NCBI GenBank assembly: GCA_002409965.1
Contig: DHON01000092.1
Span: 31,322-95,321, forward strand
DNA length: 64,000 nucleotides
Direction of reading: 5' to 3'
Source: Firmicutes bacterium UBA5389
GTDB taxonomy: Bacteria; Bacillota; DTU025
The notes below the pieces were generated by a model that was given only the letters and a program-made list of their open reading frames with translations, made no database searches and was not told where the DNA came from. Position 1 is the first letter of the stretch. Every line of letters begins with the position of its first letter. Made by a program: the position numbers and the translations under genes. Below, in pieces: positions 9,253 through 17,620 of this stretch.

Positions 9253-9282
9253 TAGTATGCGACCGGCCGGGGGCTTTCATTC
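9253..9282 (-). promoter_or_regulatory. forespore sigmaG/sigmaF-type promoter for spoVAC-AD-AE(-DUF2229 x2)
   Basis: Minus strand: GAATG, exactly 18 bp, CATACTA (consensus GnATR-N18-CATnnTA). Overlaps the 3' end of sigF. Confidence 0.45.
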
Positions 9283-9960
9283 ACCAGCCATGCTGCGCCT
9301 GAGCGCGGCTAGTGCCGCCTTTTCTATTCGATGGACCTGCGGCTGTGAAATCCCAAGAAGGGTCGCCGCCTGAGCCTGTGTGCGCTCCTCGAAAAAGCGC
9401 ATCACAATGACCGCTCGCGCCGCCGGAGGCAGGCGTGAAAGAGCGGTCCGGAGCACGACCGAGTCGCACACGCTTTCGTCCGGCGCCAGCTCGCCCGGTA
9501 TTGCATCGATTAGCAGGCGGGCATCGGGCGCGCTGCATATGGGTTCATCGAGTGAACGTACTGGCGCATCGGAATCCATGGCGAAAGCGACATCGGCCGG
9601 AGAGATGGACAGGCGCGCGGCTATTTCCGACACGTTCGGATCGCGGCACAGCTCTGCGCTGAGCGCGCTGTGTGCCGCCCGGCACCTCTGGGCGAGTTCG
9701 CGAACGGGCCGTGGTATGTGAAGCGGGCCCAGACCTCGCAGGTATGCGCGGATCTCGGAGATCATCAGCGGAACAGCGTAGGTCGTGAAGGCCGTTTGGC
9801 GCGCAGGGTCGTAGGTGCGCACGGCTCGGACCAGGCCAACGCACGCGGCCTGGTGTAGATCGGCCAGTTCCGCCCGGCCGGCGAATCTCCTGGCGATAGA
9901 CATCGCCAACCCGGCGTGCCGACGGACATCGTCGTCATGCGGCCCGTTTTCCGATGGCAT
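9277..9960 (-). CDS. sigF: RNA polymerase sporulation sigma factor sigma-F
   Basis: Sigma-70 regions 2-4: FTTYAVPLMISEIRAYLR and a C-terminal HTH (QAQAATLLGISQPQVHRIEKAAL). Start ATG 9960 overlaps the spoIIAB stop (TAATG). The track ORF to 10302 is an out-of-frame upstream extension. Confidence 0.85.
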   Translation of the reverse strand: MPSENGPHDDDVRRHAGLAMSIARRFAGRAELADLHQAACVGLVRAVRTYDPARQTAFTTYAVPLMISEIRAYLRGLGPLHIPRPVRELAQRCRAAHSALSAELCRDPNVSEIAARLSISPADVAFAMDSDAPVRSLDEPICSAPDARLLIDAIPGELAPDESVCDSVVLRTALSRLPPAARAVIVMRFFEERTQAQAATLLGISQPQVHRIEKAALAALRRSMAGE

Positions 9961-10385
9961 TACTGATCGCCTGGTGTGAAGGACATCACCACTTTCGTGC
10001 CCTCTCCCGGCGACGAGGTCACGTCCATCGATTCCGACAGCGCCTCCATGAGGGTGAAGCCCATGCCCATCCTCTGAGGCGAACTGCTCACGCCGGGAGA
10101 GCGGGCCGCCAGGACATCCAAAATGCCAACGCCCTCGTCTTGCACCGAGATGGTGAAGGCATGATCCGAGGCCGACAGCATCATCAGCACTCTGCCCGGA
10201 CGCTCGGGATATGCGTGGACTATGCAGTTTGACACGGCTTCCGATACGGCAAGTTTGATGTCTTCCAGTTCCTCCAGGGTGAACCCGAGGCCTGCCGCCC
10301 AACTCGCTGCGGCGACGCGCGCGAAGCCCAGGTTACGAGCGACTGACTCGAACTCCACCCGCGCCCAGTTCACTTTGGGTTCCAT
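9960..10385 (-). CDS. spoIIAB: anti-sigma F factor (serine kinase)
   Basis: GHKL ATPase motifs: ELEDIKLAVSEAVSNCIVHAY and DEGVGI. Confidence 0.9.
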   Translation of the reverse strand: MEPKVNWARVEFESVARNLGFARVAAASWAAGLGFTLEELEDIKLAVSEAVSNCIVHAYPERPGRVLMMLSASDHAFTISVQDEGVGILDVLAARSPGVSSSPQRMGMGFTLMEALSESMDVTSSPGEGTKVVMSFTPGDQ

Positions 10386-10732
10386 TTCCTGACCTCCTCC
10401 CGCGCCGACAGCGCACTCTCGAGCGACACATATACCGGCATCAGCTTGGATACGCCGAGGAGATCGAGGGTTCGAGTCACACGCGCGCTGGGACCGGCAA
10501 TGGCCAAAACGGCGCCTCGGGCGAGAAGGCGCCTCTGCCTTCCGAACACCATGCCAATCCCCGAACTGTCGATGAAGCTGACTCTGTCCATTCTGAGTAT
10601 CACGCGCCGCGCGCCGCGGTTGGCGTCGATCAGCGAATCGATGGCCTGCGCCGCGCGGTCAGCGCAGGTCAGATCGAGCTCGCCCTGGAGGTCAACGATG
10701 AGATCGGATCCGCGGAGCACCCACTCGAACAA
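10370..10732 (-). CDS. spoIIAA: anti-sigma F factor antagonist (STAS domain)
   Basis: STAS fold with ...ILRMDRVSFIDSSGIGMVFG. TTG start with RBS GGAGGCGGGGG. Confidence 0.85.
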   Translation of the reverse strand: MFEWVLRGSDLIVDLQGELDLTCADRAAQAIDSLIDANRGARRVILRMDRVSFIDSSGIGMVFGRQRRLLARGAVLAIAGPSARVTRTLDLLGVSKLMPVYVSLESALSAREEVRKWNPK

Positions 10733-10764
10733 GGCCGTTCCCCCGCCTCCGTGTGTTTTGTACC

Positions 10765-10797
10765 GTCAAATTCTCTTCCGGCGGGGACCACTCCTGC
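10765..10797 (-). promoter_or_regulatory. sigmaH-like promoter upstream of spoIIAA
   Basis: Minus strand: GcAGGAgtg, 12-bp spacer, aGAGAATTt. This matches the sigmaH consensus RnAGGAwWW-N11/12-RnnGAATww in its core AGGA and GAAT elements. It lies about 35-65 nt upstream of the spoIIAA TTG, as in Bacillus spoIIA. Confidence 0.4.
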
Positions 10798-10809
10798 TTC
10801 CTTCGTTAA

Positions 10810-12039
10810 TCAATCGGGCGCGAACAGGAAAGTCGACCTGGCGAACTGGCGCGTGTGCCTCACCATGAGCTGCAACCAGCTGGCCTTGGGCACCGCCCGA
10901 ACCGCGATCACATCGGCTGCGGCAACCTCGACGCCATCGAGAAGCGCGACCATCTTGCCCACGGTTTGACCTTGCTCTATGGGCGCCTCCAGCTGGGGGG
11001 GCAGGGCGAGCCTGGCTTCGATCTTCCCACCCTCGCCTCTCGGAGTGACGACGTTCAAGTCGTGAGCCATGGTTACGTCTACCGATGTTTCGACTCCCCG
11101 GACCACCCGCACTAGCCCAAGATCCTGCCCTGCCCGGGCCAGCGTATGGGCCTCGCACATCTTGAAGCCGTAGTCTAGCAGGGTAGACGCCTCGGCGAAC
11201 CGAACCGAGCTGGTGGGTACGCCCAGCACTACTCCGATGACTCGGACGTTGTTTCGGACTGCTGTAGCCGACAGGCAGTATCTGGCTTTGTCGGTGTAGC
11301 CGGTCTTCAGGCCGTCCGCTCCCGGGTAGAACCTGATCAGACGGTTGGTGTTCGTAAGCATGTTCTTGCCGTCCCGTACGTAGCCGATCCAGATCGTGAG
11401 CCACTGATGAATCTCGGGGTAGCGCAAGAGTTCCCTGGACATTATGGCCACATCGCGGGCGGTCGACATGCAATCGTCGGAAGCCCCCGGCTCGGGCAGC
11501 CCGGTCGCGTTGACGAAATGAGTGTTGGCGCATCCCAGGGCGCCGGCCTTCTCGTTCATCATTGCCACAAAGGCAGCTTCGCTTCCCGCCACCTGTTCGG
11601 CCAGGGCAACGGCGGCATCGTTGGCAGACTCAATGGCCACGGCCTTCATCAGATCCGACACCGCCATAACCTCGCCTGGTTCCAGCCAGATCTGCGAACC
11701 GCCCATCGACGCCACATGCTCAGACGTGATCACCATGTCGCCCAGGCTTATGCGGCGCGCCTCAATCGCGTCCATGACCAACGTCAGGGTCATGATCTTG
11801 ACAACGCTTGCTATGGGCCGTGGGGCATCGGCGTTTTTCTCCCACAGAACTCGGCCTGTAGAGGCCTCCACGAGGATGGCTGACGGCGCGGTCACCTTCC
11901 TGGCGAGTTCGGCTGCTGCCGCCGCTTGAGGAGATGCAGCCGCAGCAGCCGACGCCCGGACCGTTCGGGCCGACAGGGCGCAGACCAGCAGGGCGCAGAC
12001 TGCGAGGACTCGCGCGGCCCTGGCGGGTTTGTACGACAA
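10810..12039 (-). CDS. dacF: sporulation-specific D-alanyl-D-alanine carboxypeptidase (PBP5-family)
   Basis: Signal peptide, SVVK (SxxK), SAND (SxN), KTGYT (KTG). Sits immediately upstream of the spoIIA operon, as dacF does in Bacillus. TTG start with RBS GGGAGG. Confidence 0.8.
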   Translation of the reverse strand: MSYKPARAARVLAVCALLVCALSARTVRASAAAAASPQAAAAAELARKVTAPSAILVEASTGRVLWEKNADAPRPIASVVKIMTLTLVMDAIEARRISLGDMVITSEHVASMGGSQIWLEPGEVMAVSDLMKAVAIESANDAAVALAEQVAGSEAAFVAMMNEKAGALGCANTHFVNATGLPEPGASDDCMSTARDVAIMSRELLRYPEIHQWLTIWIGYVRDGKNMLTNTNRLIRFYPGADGLKTGYTDKARYCLSATAVRNNVRVIGVVLGVPTSSVRFAEASTLLDYGFKMCEAHTLARAGQDLGLVRVVRGVETSVDVTMAHDLNVVTPRGEGGKIEARLALPPQLEAPIEQGQTVGKMVALLDGVEVAAADVIAVRAVPKASWLQLMVRHTRQFARSTFLFAPD

Positions 12040-12160
12040 GGGGCATGCCTCCCTTCGTCTCTTGTTTCAAGAGAGCATATTCCAAGGCATGCCCGGTTAT
12101 ACAGGATGGGCGCGGTTCCATTGCCACCAGCGGCCCGCCCGCCGGGCCCGAAGCGCGCGC

Positions 12161-13468
12161 CTATCTCTCGATGATTTCGTAGACAAGAGGCGGAGCCGAA
12201 CATGGCGCGTCGGAGTAAGCGAAGGCCGGGCCGGCCTGGGCTGTGCCCTCGCGCAGCCGAGGCTGGCTGCCGGCATAGAGCGTGGCCACTGGCTGGCCTG
12301 CTTCTATCCTATCGCCCACCGATACCAGAACCTTCAGCCCACAGTGGAGATCGACTGAGTCCGTCTTGCGCTGCCTGCCCGCGCCCATGGCCGCCGCCGC
12401 TCGGCCCAGCGTGAGAGCGTCCACGCGGCTCACGTAACCATCGGTCGGGGCTGTGATCTGCTCTGACAGCGGCGCAGCCCCGATTCGACTGGGGTCGTCC
12501 ACGCACGTCGCATCTCCGCCCTGCGCCTTCACCATTTCCCTAAGTTTGGCCAGAGCAGCGCCTGACTCAACCAAACCGCTCAAGACCGCGCGGGCCTGCG
12601 CCGTATCGCGTGCGGCCCCTCCCAAAACGACCATGTGCGCGCCAAGCTCCAGGCAGAGCTGGAGCAGCCGGCCGGCGCTGCGCCCAGACAGAGTATCGAT
12701 TGCCTCTATGACTTCCAGGGAGTTCCCTATGGCCTGCCCGAGAGGTTGGTTCATGTCGGAAATCACTGCCGCCATTCTCCGTCCGGCCAAGCGGCCTATG
12801 TCAACCATTGCGCGAGCGAGCCGGCGCGCTCGATCCAGCTCGTGCATGAATGCTCCGGTTCCGGCCTTGACGTCCAGCACTATCGCATCTGCGCCCGTGG
12901 CCAGCTTCTTGCTCATGATGCTGGAGGCGATTAGGGGAATGCTCTCCACTGTGGCTGTGACGTCGCGCAGAGCATAGAGCCGCTTGTCGGCCGGAGCTAT
13001 GTCCTCCGTCTGCCCGACGATGGCCAGACCGATCCGGTTAACCTGGTCCACAAATTCCCGTTCGGAGAGCGAGACCCGAAATCCGGGGATGGACTCCAGC
13101 TTGTCGAGGGTCCCGCCGGTGTGCCCAAGCCCGCGACCCGACATCTTGGCCACGGGCACGCCTGCCGCGGCCACCATAGGCACCAGCACCAGTGTGGTGG
13201 TGTCGCCCACCCCTCCCGTGCTGTGCTTGTCGACCTTGATGCCGCGTATGGCCGACAGGTCGGCCCGGCGCCCGGAGTCTGCCATTGCCGTGGTGAGGGC
13301 GGTGGTCTCCTCCGGCGTCATGCCCTGAAAGAATATGGCCATGCAGAAAGCGGACATCTGGTAGTCCGGCACGTCCTGGGAAAGCATGCCGCCGATCATG
13401 TAGCGTATCTCCTCGGGCGAGAGAACGTGCCCATCGCGCTTCTTCATAATGATGTCAGGAACTCTCAA
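12161..13468 (-). CDS. pdp: pyrimidine-nucleoside (thymidine) phosphorylase
   Basis: MRVPDIIMKKRDG..LSPEEIRYMIGG and the HSTGGVGDTT motif. TTG start with RBS AGGAGGAG. Confidence 0.9.
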   Translation of the reverse strand: MRVPDIIMKKRDGHVLSPEEIRYMIGGMLSQDVPDYQMSAFCMAIFFQGMTPEETTALTTAMADSGRRADLSAIRGIKVDKHSTGGVGDTTTLVLVPMVAAAGVPVAKMSGRGLGHTGGTLDKLESIPGFRVSLSEREFVDQVNRIGLAIVGQTEDIAPADKRLYALRDVTATVESIPLIASSIMSKKLATGADAIVLDVKAGTGAFMHELDRARRLARAMVDIGRLAGRRMAAVISDMNQPLGQAIGNSLEVIEAIDTLSGRSAGRLLQLCLELGAHMVVLGGAARDTAQARAVLSGLVESGAALAKLREMVKAQGGDATCVDDPSRIGAAPLSEQITAPTDGYVSRVDALTLGRAAAAMGAGRQRKTDSVDLHCGLKVLVSVGDRIEAGQPVATLYAGSQPRLREGTAQAGPAFAYSDAPCSAPPLVYEIIER

Positions 13469-13497
13469 TCCAACTCCTCCTGCGTAGTCACATGCTC

Positions 13498-14688
13498 CTA
13501 CAGGACCTGCTGCAAGAAGCTCTCGCCGGCCAGGCGCCAGGGCACCCCCAGGAATTCGGCTATCGTGGCGCCCAGATCCGCGAAACTGGTCCTCACTCCG
13601 ATGGGCCGCCCGGCGTGTCCTGCCTGTAAAGGCTGGGGCAACATGGCCAGCACAGGCACGTACTCCCTACTGTGATCGGTGCTGGGCGTGGTGGGGTCGT
13701 TGCCGTGGTCGGCGCACATGGCCAGAATATCGTTGCCCCTTAGCCTCTCGAGAAGCTCGGGTAAGCGTCGGTCCATATGCTCGAGGCCGCGCGCAAAGCC
13801 CTCCACATCGTTGCGATGGCCCCACTTCATGTCGAAATCGATCAAGTTTGCGAAGATCAACCCCGGCCGGCCTTCGTCCATGAAGCTCAGAACTGCGTCG
13901 AATACCGCATCGTTGCCTGACACATGCCGAGACAGCGTGATGCCTCGCATGGCGAAGATGTCGTCGATCTTGCCGCAGCCCATGACGTCCAGCCCTGCAT
14001 CGGCCACCAGATCAAGCAGAGTTGGACCGGGCGGAACCAGCGAGAAGTCGCGCCGCCGAATGGTTCTGGTGAACTGCCCATAGCTGCCCTCAAACGGGCG
14101 GGCGATCACCCTGCCCACTGCGTGCGGCCCGGTCAGGATGGCCCGGGCGATGCGGCACATCTCGTAGAGCGCATCCGGCGGAATCACGTCTTCATGAGCG
14201 GCTATCTGAAACACGGAGTCGGCCGAGGTGTATACGATAGGCTTTCCTGTGGCCACGTGCGCATCGCCCAGCTCCTGTATTATCTGGGTGCCCGATGCGG
14301 GTCGGTTGCCCAGCACACCGCGGCCTGTCTCCCTTTCGAACGCGTCGATGATCTCGGGAGGAAACCCGCCGGGATACGTCGGAAACGCCTGGTCCAACTG
14401 GATGCCGGCGATCTCCCAGTGGCCTGTGGTGGTGTCCTTCCCCGGCGATGCTTGCGCCATGCGGCCGTAGGAGGCGAGGGGCGAATCGCACATATCCACA
14501 CCTGCCAGCTCAAACCCGGTATCGGCGACTAGGTTGCCCAGGCCCATCCGCCCAAAGTTGGGCAGACTGAGCCCGCCTGCGGCCCTGGCGGCATTGACCA
14601 GGGTGTTGCTACCCCGATCGCCGTATGCGCCCGCGTCCGGCAGTTCGCCCACTCCCACACCATCGAGTACTATCAGAACCGCTCTCAT
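13498..14688 (-). CDS. deoB: phosphopentomutase
   Basis: [18 protein letters not shown] and alkaline-phosphatase-superfamily metal-binding motifs. RBS AAGGAGAGG. Confidence 0.9.
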   Translation of the reverse strand: MRAVLIVLDGVGVGELPDAGAYGDRGSNTLVNAARAAGGLSLPNFGRMGLGNLVADTGFELAGVDMCDSPLASYGRMAQASPGKDTTTGHWEIAGIQLDQAFPTYPGGFPPEIIDAFERETGRGVLGNRPASGTQIIQELGDAHVATGKPIVYTSADSVFQIAAHEDVIPPDALYEMCRIARAILTGPHAVGRVIARPFEGSYGQFTRTIRRRDFSLVPPGPTLLDLVADAGLDVMGCGKIDDIFAMRGITLSRHVSGNDAVFDAVLSFMDEGRPGLIFANLIDFDMKWGHRNDVEGFARGLEHMDRRLPELLERLRGNDILAMCADHGNDPTTPSTDHSREYVPVLAMLPQPLQAGHAGRPIGVRTSFADLGATIAEFLGVPWRLAGESFLQQVL

Positions 14689-14703
14689 GGCCGCCTCTCC
14701 TTC

Positions 14704-15612
14704 TCATGCCCTCGGATGGTGTTTGGCGTACACTTCCCGCAGCCTCGTCTGAGTGACATGCGTGTAGATCTGGGTTGTTTGGATGTCGACGTGCCCCAAC
14801 ATCTCCTGGACGGATAGGATGTCGGCGCCGTGCTCCAGAAGATGCGTGGCGAATGAGTGACGGAGTGTATGCGGAGTGATATGCGCGGCGATCCCGGCCT
14901 CCAGCGCCCTTCGCTTTATGATCTTCCAGAAACCCTGGCGGGTCATCCCGGCGCCCCGGTTGGTTATGAATAGGCTACTATCGTCGCTGGCACCCGCCAG
15001 CTCGCGTCGGCCCAGAGCCAAGTAGCGCTCTAGGGCGGCGACGGCGCTCTGGCCCACAGGCACGATGCGCTCGCGATTGCCCTTCCCTATGCAGCGCACG
15101 TATCCCATCTCCAGATCGACATCGCGGGTGGACAGCGACACCAACTCCGAGACGCGCAGGCCCGAAGCGTAAAGCAACTCCAGCATGGCTCGGTCGCGCA
15201 GAGATCGCGGCTCGTTGCCGGACGGCCCCGCGAGCAGTTTGTCCACTTCCTCGACCGTAAGCACTCTGGGCAATCGCCGTGCCTGCCTAGGGCCGTCCAG
15301 ATTGACAGTGGGGTCGCGCCTGATGTGCCCTTCCCGCAGAAGGAATCTGAAAAAACCGCGCAGGGCCGAGAGCCGCCTGGACGCAGAGGAAGATGATGCG
15401 CCCGACTCCATGCTGTGCGCGATGAATGCTGCGACAGTTGATTGCCCCGCCGAAGCGGCGTCCGCCTCGCACGGCTCGTCATCGCCCCGGTTGATTCGAG
15501 CTGCGAAGGAGGCGAACTGCGTGAGGTCGCGGGCGTAGGCCTCCAGAGTATTCTCTGAAAGACCTCTCTCAACCGCGAGGTATGATAGGTACTCTTCAAT
15601 GCAGCTTAGCAA
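14704..15612 (-). CDS. xerD: site-specific tyrosine recombinase XerD
   Basis: N-terminal SAM-like domain (LAVERGLSENTLEAYARDL) and catalytic HTLRHSFATHLL / TQIYTHV (RHRY). Start placed at the second TTG (15612) behind GGAGG. The track start 15627 is the alternative. Confidence 0.85.
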   Translation of the reverse strand: MLSCIEEYLSYLAVERGLSENTLEAYARDLTQFASFAARINRGDDEPCEADAASAGQSTVAAFIAHSMESGASSSSASRRLSALRGFFRFLLREGHIRRDPTVNLDGPRQARRLPRVLTVEEVDKLLAGPSGNEPRSLRDRAMLELLYASGLRVSELVSLSTRDVDLEMGYVRCIGKGNRERIVPVGQSAVAALERYLALGRRELAGASDDSSLFITNRGAGMTRQGFWKIIKRRALEAGIAAHITPHTLRHSFATHLLEHGADILSVQEMLGHVDIQTTQIYTHVTQTRLREVYAKHHPRA

Positions 15613-15696
15613 GGGGGAGACCTCCAACCGCGCCCATGGCGCATCGTGCTGTCAACATATTACCATTCGACACGCGCCCGCACGCTCCTGCCCGCG

Positions 15697-16332
15697 TTAC
15701 CCGAACCGTGCGGCGAGCATCAAGAACGCAGGGGACACGTAAGACTGGACAAATGCAGCTAGTACCAGCACGATTGCTGCAATAAAGAAAGAGGCTGACG
15801 ACTCAGCGAAGGCGTGCGCGACGTCCGCTTCGATTCCGAGGAGGTTTCTGCTCAACACCGACCATGAGAATCTGACTGATGACGCACAGGCCGCCACAAG
15901 CGCCGGCACTGCCACCAGGTTATGCGGCAACACAGACGACAGCGCCAGGACGGCGCCGGCGCCGGCCATTTCGCGAACAAGAAAAGCAACGGTGAAGCCT
16001 ACGCAGAACCCTCGGATGAACAGAATGAGGAACGCCCCGGCGAAACCCAGCACGCTTGAGCCCGCAATCCATATGAGCGCCACCGAAGATAGGTTGGCGC
16101 TCATGCTGGCAAGCATCACGCGGCCGTTCGATCCGGGAGTGTTGACACGCAGGTTCGCTAGGCCCGACTCCAAGTAGGTGAGGGCTTCGGCGCCGCCGTC
16201 TCGCATCGCTGAAGCGTAAGCGGCGCCTGTACACACGCCCGCTGCGAATATGACGAATGCCAACGCATACCATATCGCGTTGGCCCTAATGTAACCGGTC
16301 GCGGTCACACGAACCTGTCGCCTTCTCGCCAC
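15697..16332 (-). CDS. spoIIM: stage II sporulation protein M
   Basis: Polytopic membrane protein with SpoIIM-like topology and the Bacillus syntenic position (spoIIM upstream of xerD). GTG start 16332 behind GGGGGTG. Confidence 0.7.
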   Translation of the reverse strand: MARRRQVRVTATGYIRANAIWYALAFVIFAAGVCTGAAYASAMRDGGAEALTYLESGLANLRVNTPGSNGRVMLASMSANLSSVALIWIAGSSVLGFAGAFLILFIRGFCVGFTVAFLVREMAGAGAVLALSSVLPHNLVAVPALVAACASSVRFSWSVLSRNLLGIEADVAHAFAESSASFFIAAIVLVLAAFVQSYVSPAFLMLAARFG

Positions 16333-16387
16333 GTGGGACACCCCCGCAGGCCATCCCTATGCGCGAGGCGCGCATGTCATGACCGGA

Positions 16388-17590
16388 TCATTCCAGGAGC
16401 GCCCGCCCGTAGGTCCCTCCTCCTCCTGATCGAATGGCGAGCCTGCCTTCGCGCGCCATGACTATCCGAGCGGCTAGGCGCTCTCCCACCGCCTCGGCCA
16501 GCTGATCGCTGGTTGTGTGGTGAAGGACCGCCATTTCCGACCCGAAGGCCCGAATCAGCGCAGCAATGGCGACCGGCCCTACGCCCGGAACAAACGCCAA
16601 AGGCACCTGATGCCTGTATGGAGGGCGGTGGGCTGGGTGTCTCGGCTCTGGCCGATCGGCGATTTCGTCGATGCGGTCGGCCACTCCCCGCACCACGCGG
16701 GAACTGCCGCATTCTGGGCAGCCCGGCGCCGCGCCCGCTGCGGAAAAGCGGGCCTCACACACCTCGCACGCGCTCAAGTGGTACTTTCCCAGCCTGGGGT
16801 CGAGCCCGTAGTTGGCTGCCACGCGCCGACCATCGATGCGCGCTAGGGCCAGCGACACCTCGGCAAACGATGCCGATTCCATGCGCATCACGTTGTACTC
16901 CCGCCCCATCCGCGGAAGCGAGTGAGCATCAGAGTTCGAAAGAAATGTGTAGCTCGCAAGCTCCTCGATTCTGTCGGCCATCTGGGTATCGGCGGACAGT
17001 CCAAGTTCCACCCCGGCCACCAGCCGGCGGGATTCGTCGCCGAACACATCGGCGATCCGATGGGCGCACGTGCCGTACACGCTCTTGTGCGGGGTGAAAG
17101 CGTGCGCGATCACAAACAACCCGCCCGTATCGCTCGCAAGCTGGGCGACATGCCGCGGCAGAAGCCTGGTTCTTTGGGTGCTGAGGTCGATGTTGGAGGT
17201 ATGCCGGGCAAGTTCTCTCGCGAACTCGCGCACCTGGGCAAGCGTGGCGAAATACGCCACGTAGTGCGCGCTTCCCTTAGCGCCTTCGCGGGCATCGCCT
17301 CGGCAGGCAGCTTCCACCTCGGCGCCAGGGATGATTGTCGTGCGTCCCAGATATCTGAGACCGCCGCCTGGCGCCTCTTCCATCGCGCCTGATTCCAAGA
17401 GGCGGTCGATGTCGTCAAGCACGCGCCTGGAAGCGCAATCCACTACGCCTACAACATCGAGGCCCTTGTGCCGGGCGGCCTCGCGCGCGATGTTTTCCAA
17501 CGTGAGGTTGCGCGCGCCCGATACCTTGACCGGCCGCCCCTTGGAGTCTCTCCCGATGTGCACGTGAAGGTCGACGAAGTAGTCTTTCAT
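16388..17590 (-). CDS. endonuclease Q-like PHP-domain protein (TIGR00375 family)
   Basis: N-terminal MKDYFVDLHVHIG (PHP metal-binding HxH), internal His/Asp ligands, C-terminal Cys4 zinc finger (CEVCEARF...CPECG). No recognisable SD before the ATG. Confidence 0.6.
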   Translation of the reverse strand: MKDYFVDLHVHIGRDSKGRPVKVSGARNLTLENIAREAARHKGLDVVGVVDCASRRVLDDIDRLLESGAMEEAPGGGLRYLGRTTIIPGAEVEAACRGDAREGAKGSAHYVAYFATLAQVREFARELARHTSNIDLSTQRTRLLPRHVAQLASDTGGLFVIAHAFTPHKSVYGTCAHRIADVFGDESRRLVAGVELGLSADTQMADRIEELASYTFLSNSDAHSLPRMGREYNVMRMESASFAEVSLALARIDGRRVAANYGLDPRLGKYHLSACEVCEARFSAAGAAPGCPECGSSRVVRGVADRIDEIADRPEPRHPAHRPPYRHQVPLAFVPGVGPVAIAALIRAFGSEMAVLHHTTSDQLAEAVGERLAARIVMAREGRLAIRSGGGGTYGRALLE

Positions 17591-17620
17591 GAAGAACGCG
17601 TCATCATCATAGACCCAACC

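Noticed and set aside
12040-12160. sigmaF/sigmaG promoter for dacF (GTATA or GAATA -35 candidates).
   Set aside because: None of the candidates is followed at 15 or 18 bp by an acceptable -10 (GGnrAnAnTw or CATnnTA). Left uncalled.
15628-15696. TG-extended -10 (TGgTAATAT) plus an orphan TTGACA upstream of xerD.
   Set aside because: The element order (-10-like before -35-like) and spacing do not form a coherent promoter. Mentioned only as a weak possibility.
16342-16420. sigmaE promoter for spoIIM (CATAGGGA as a -10 candidate).
   Set aside because: Only the CATA core matches, and no ATATT-like -35 lies at the correct spacing.
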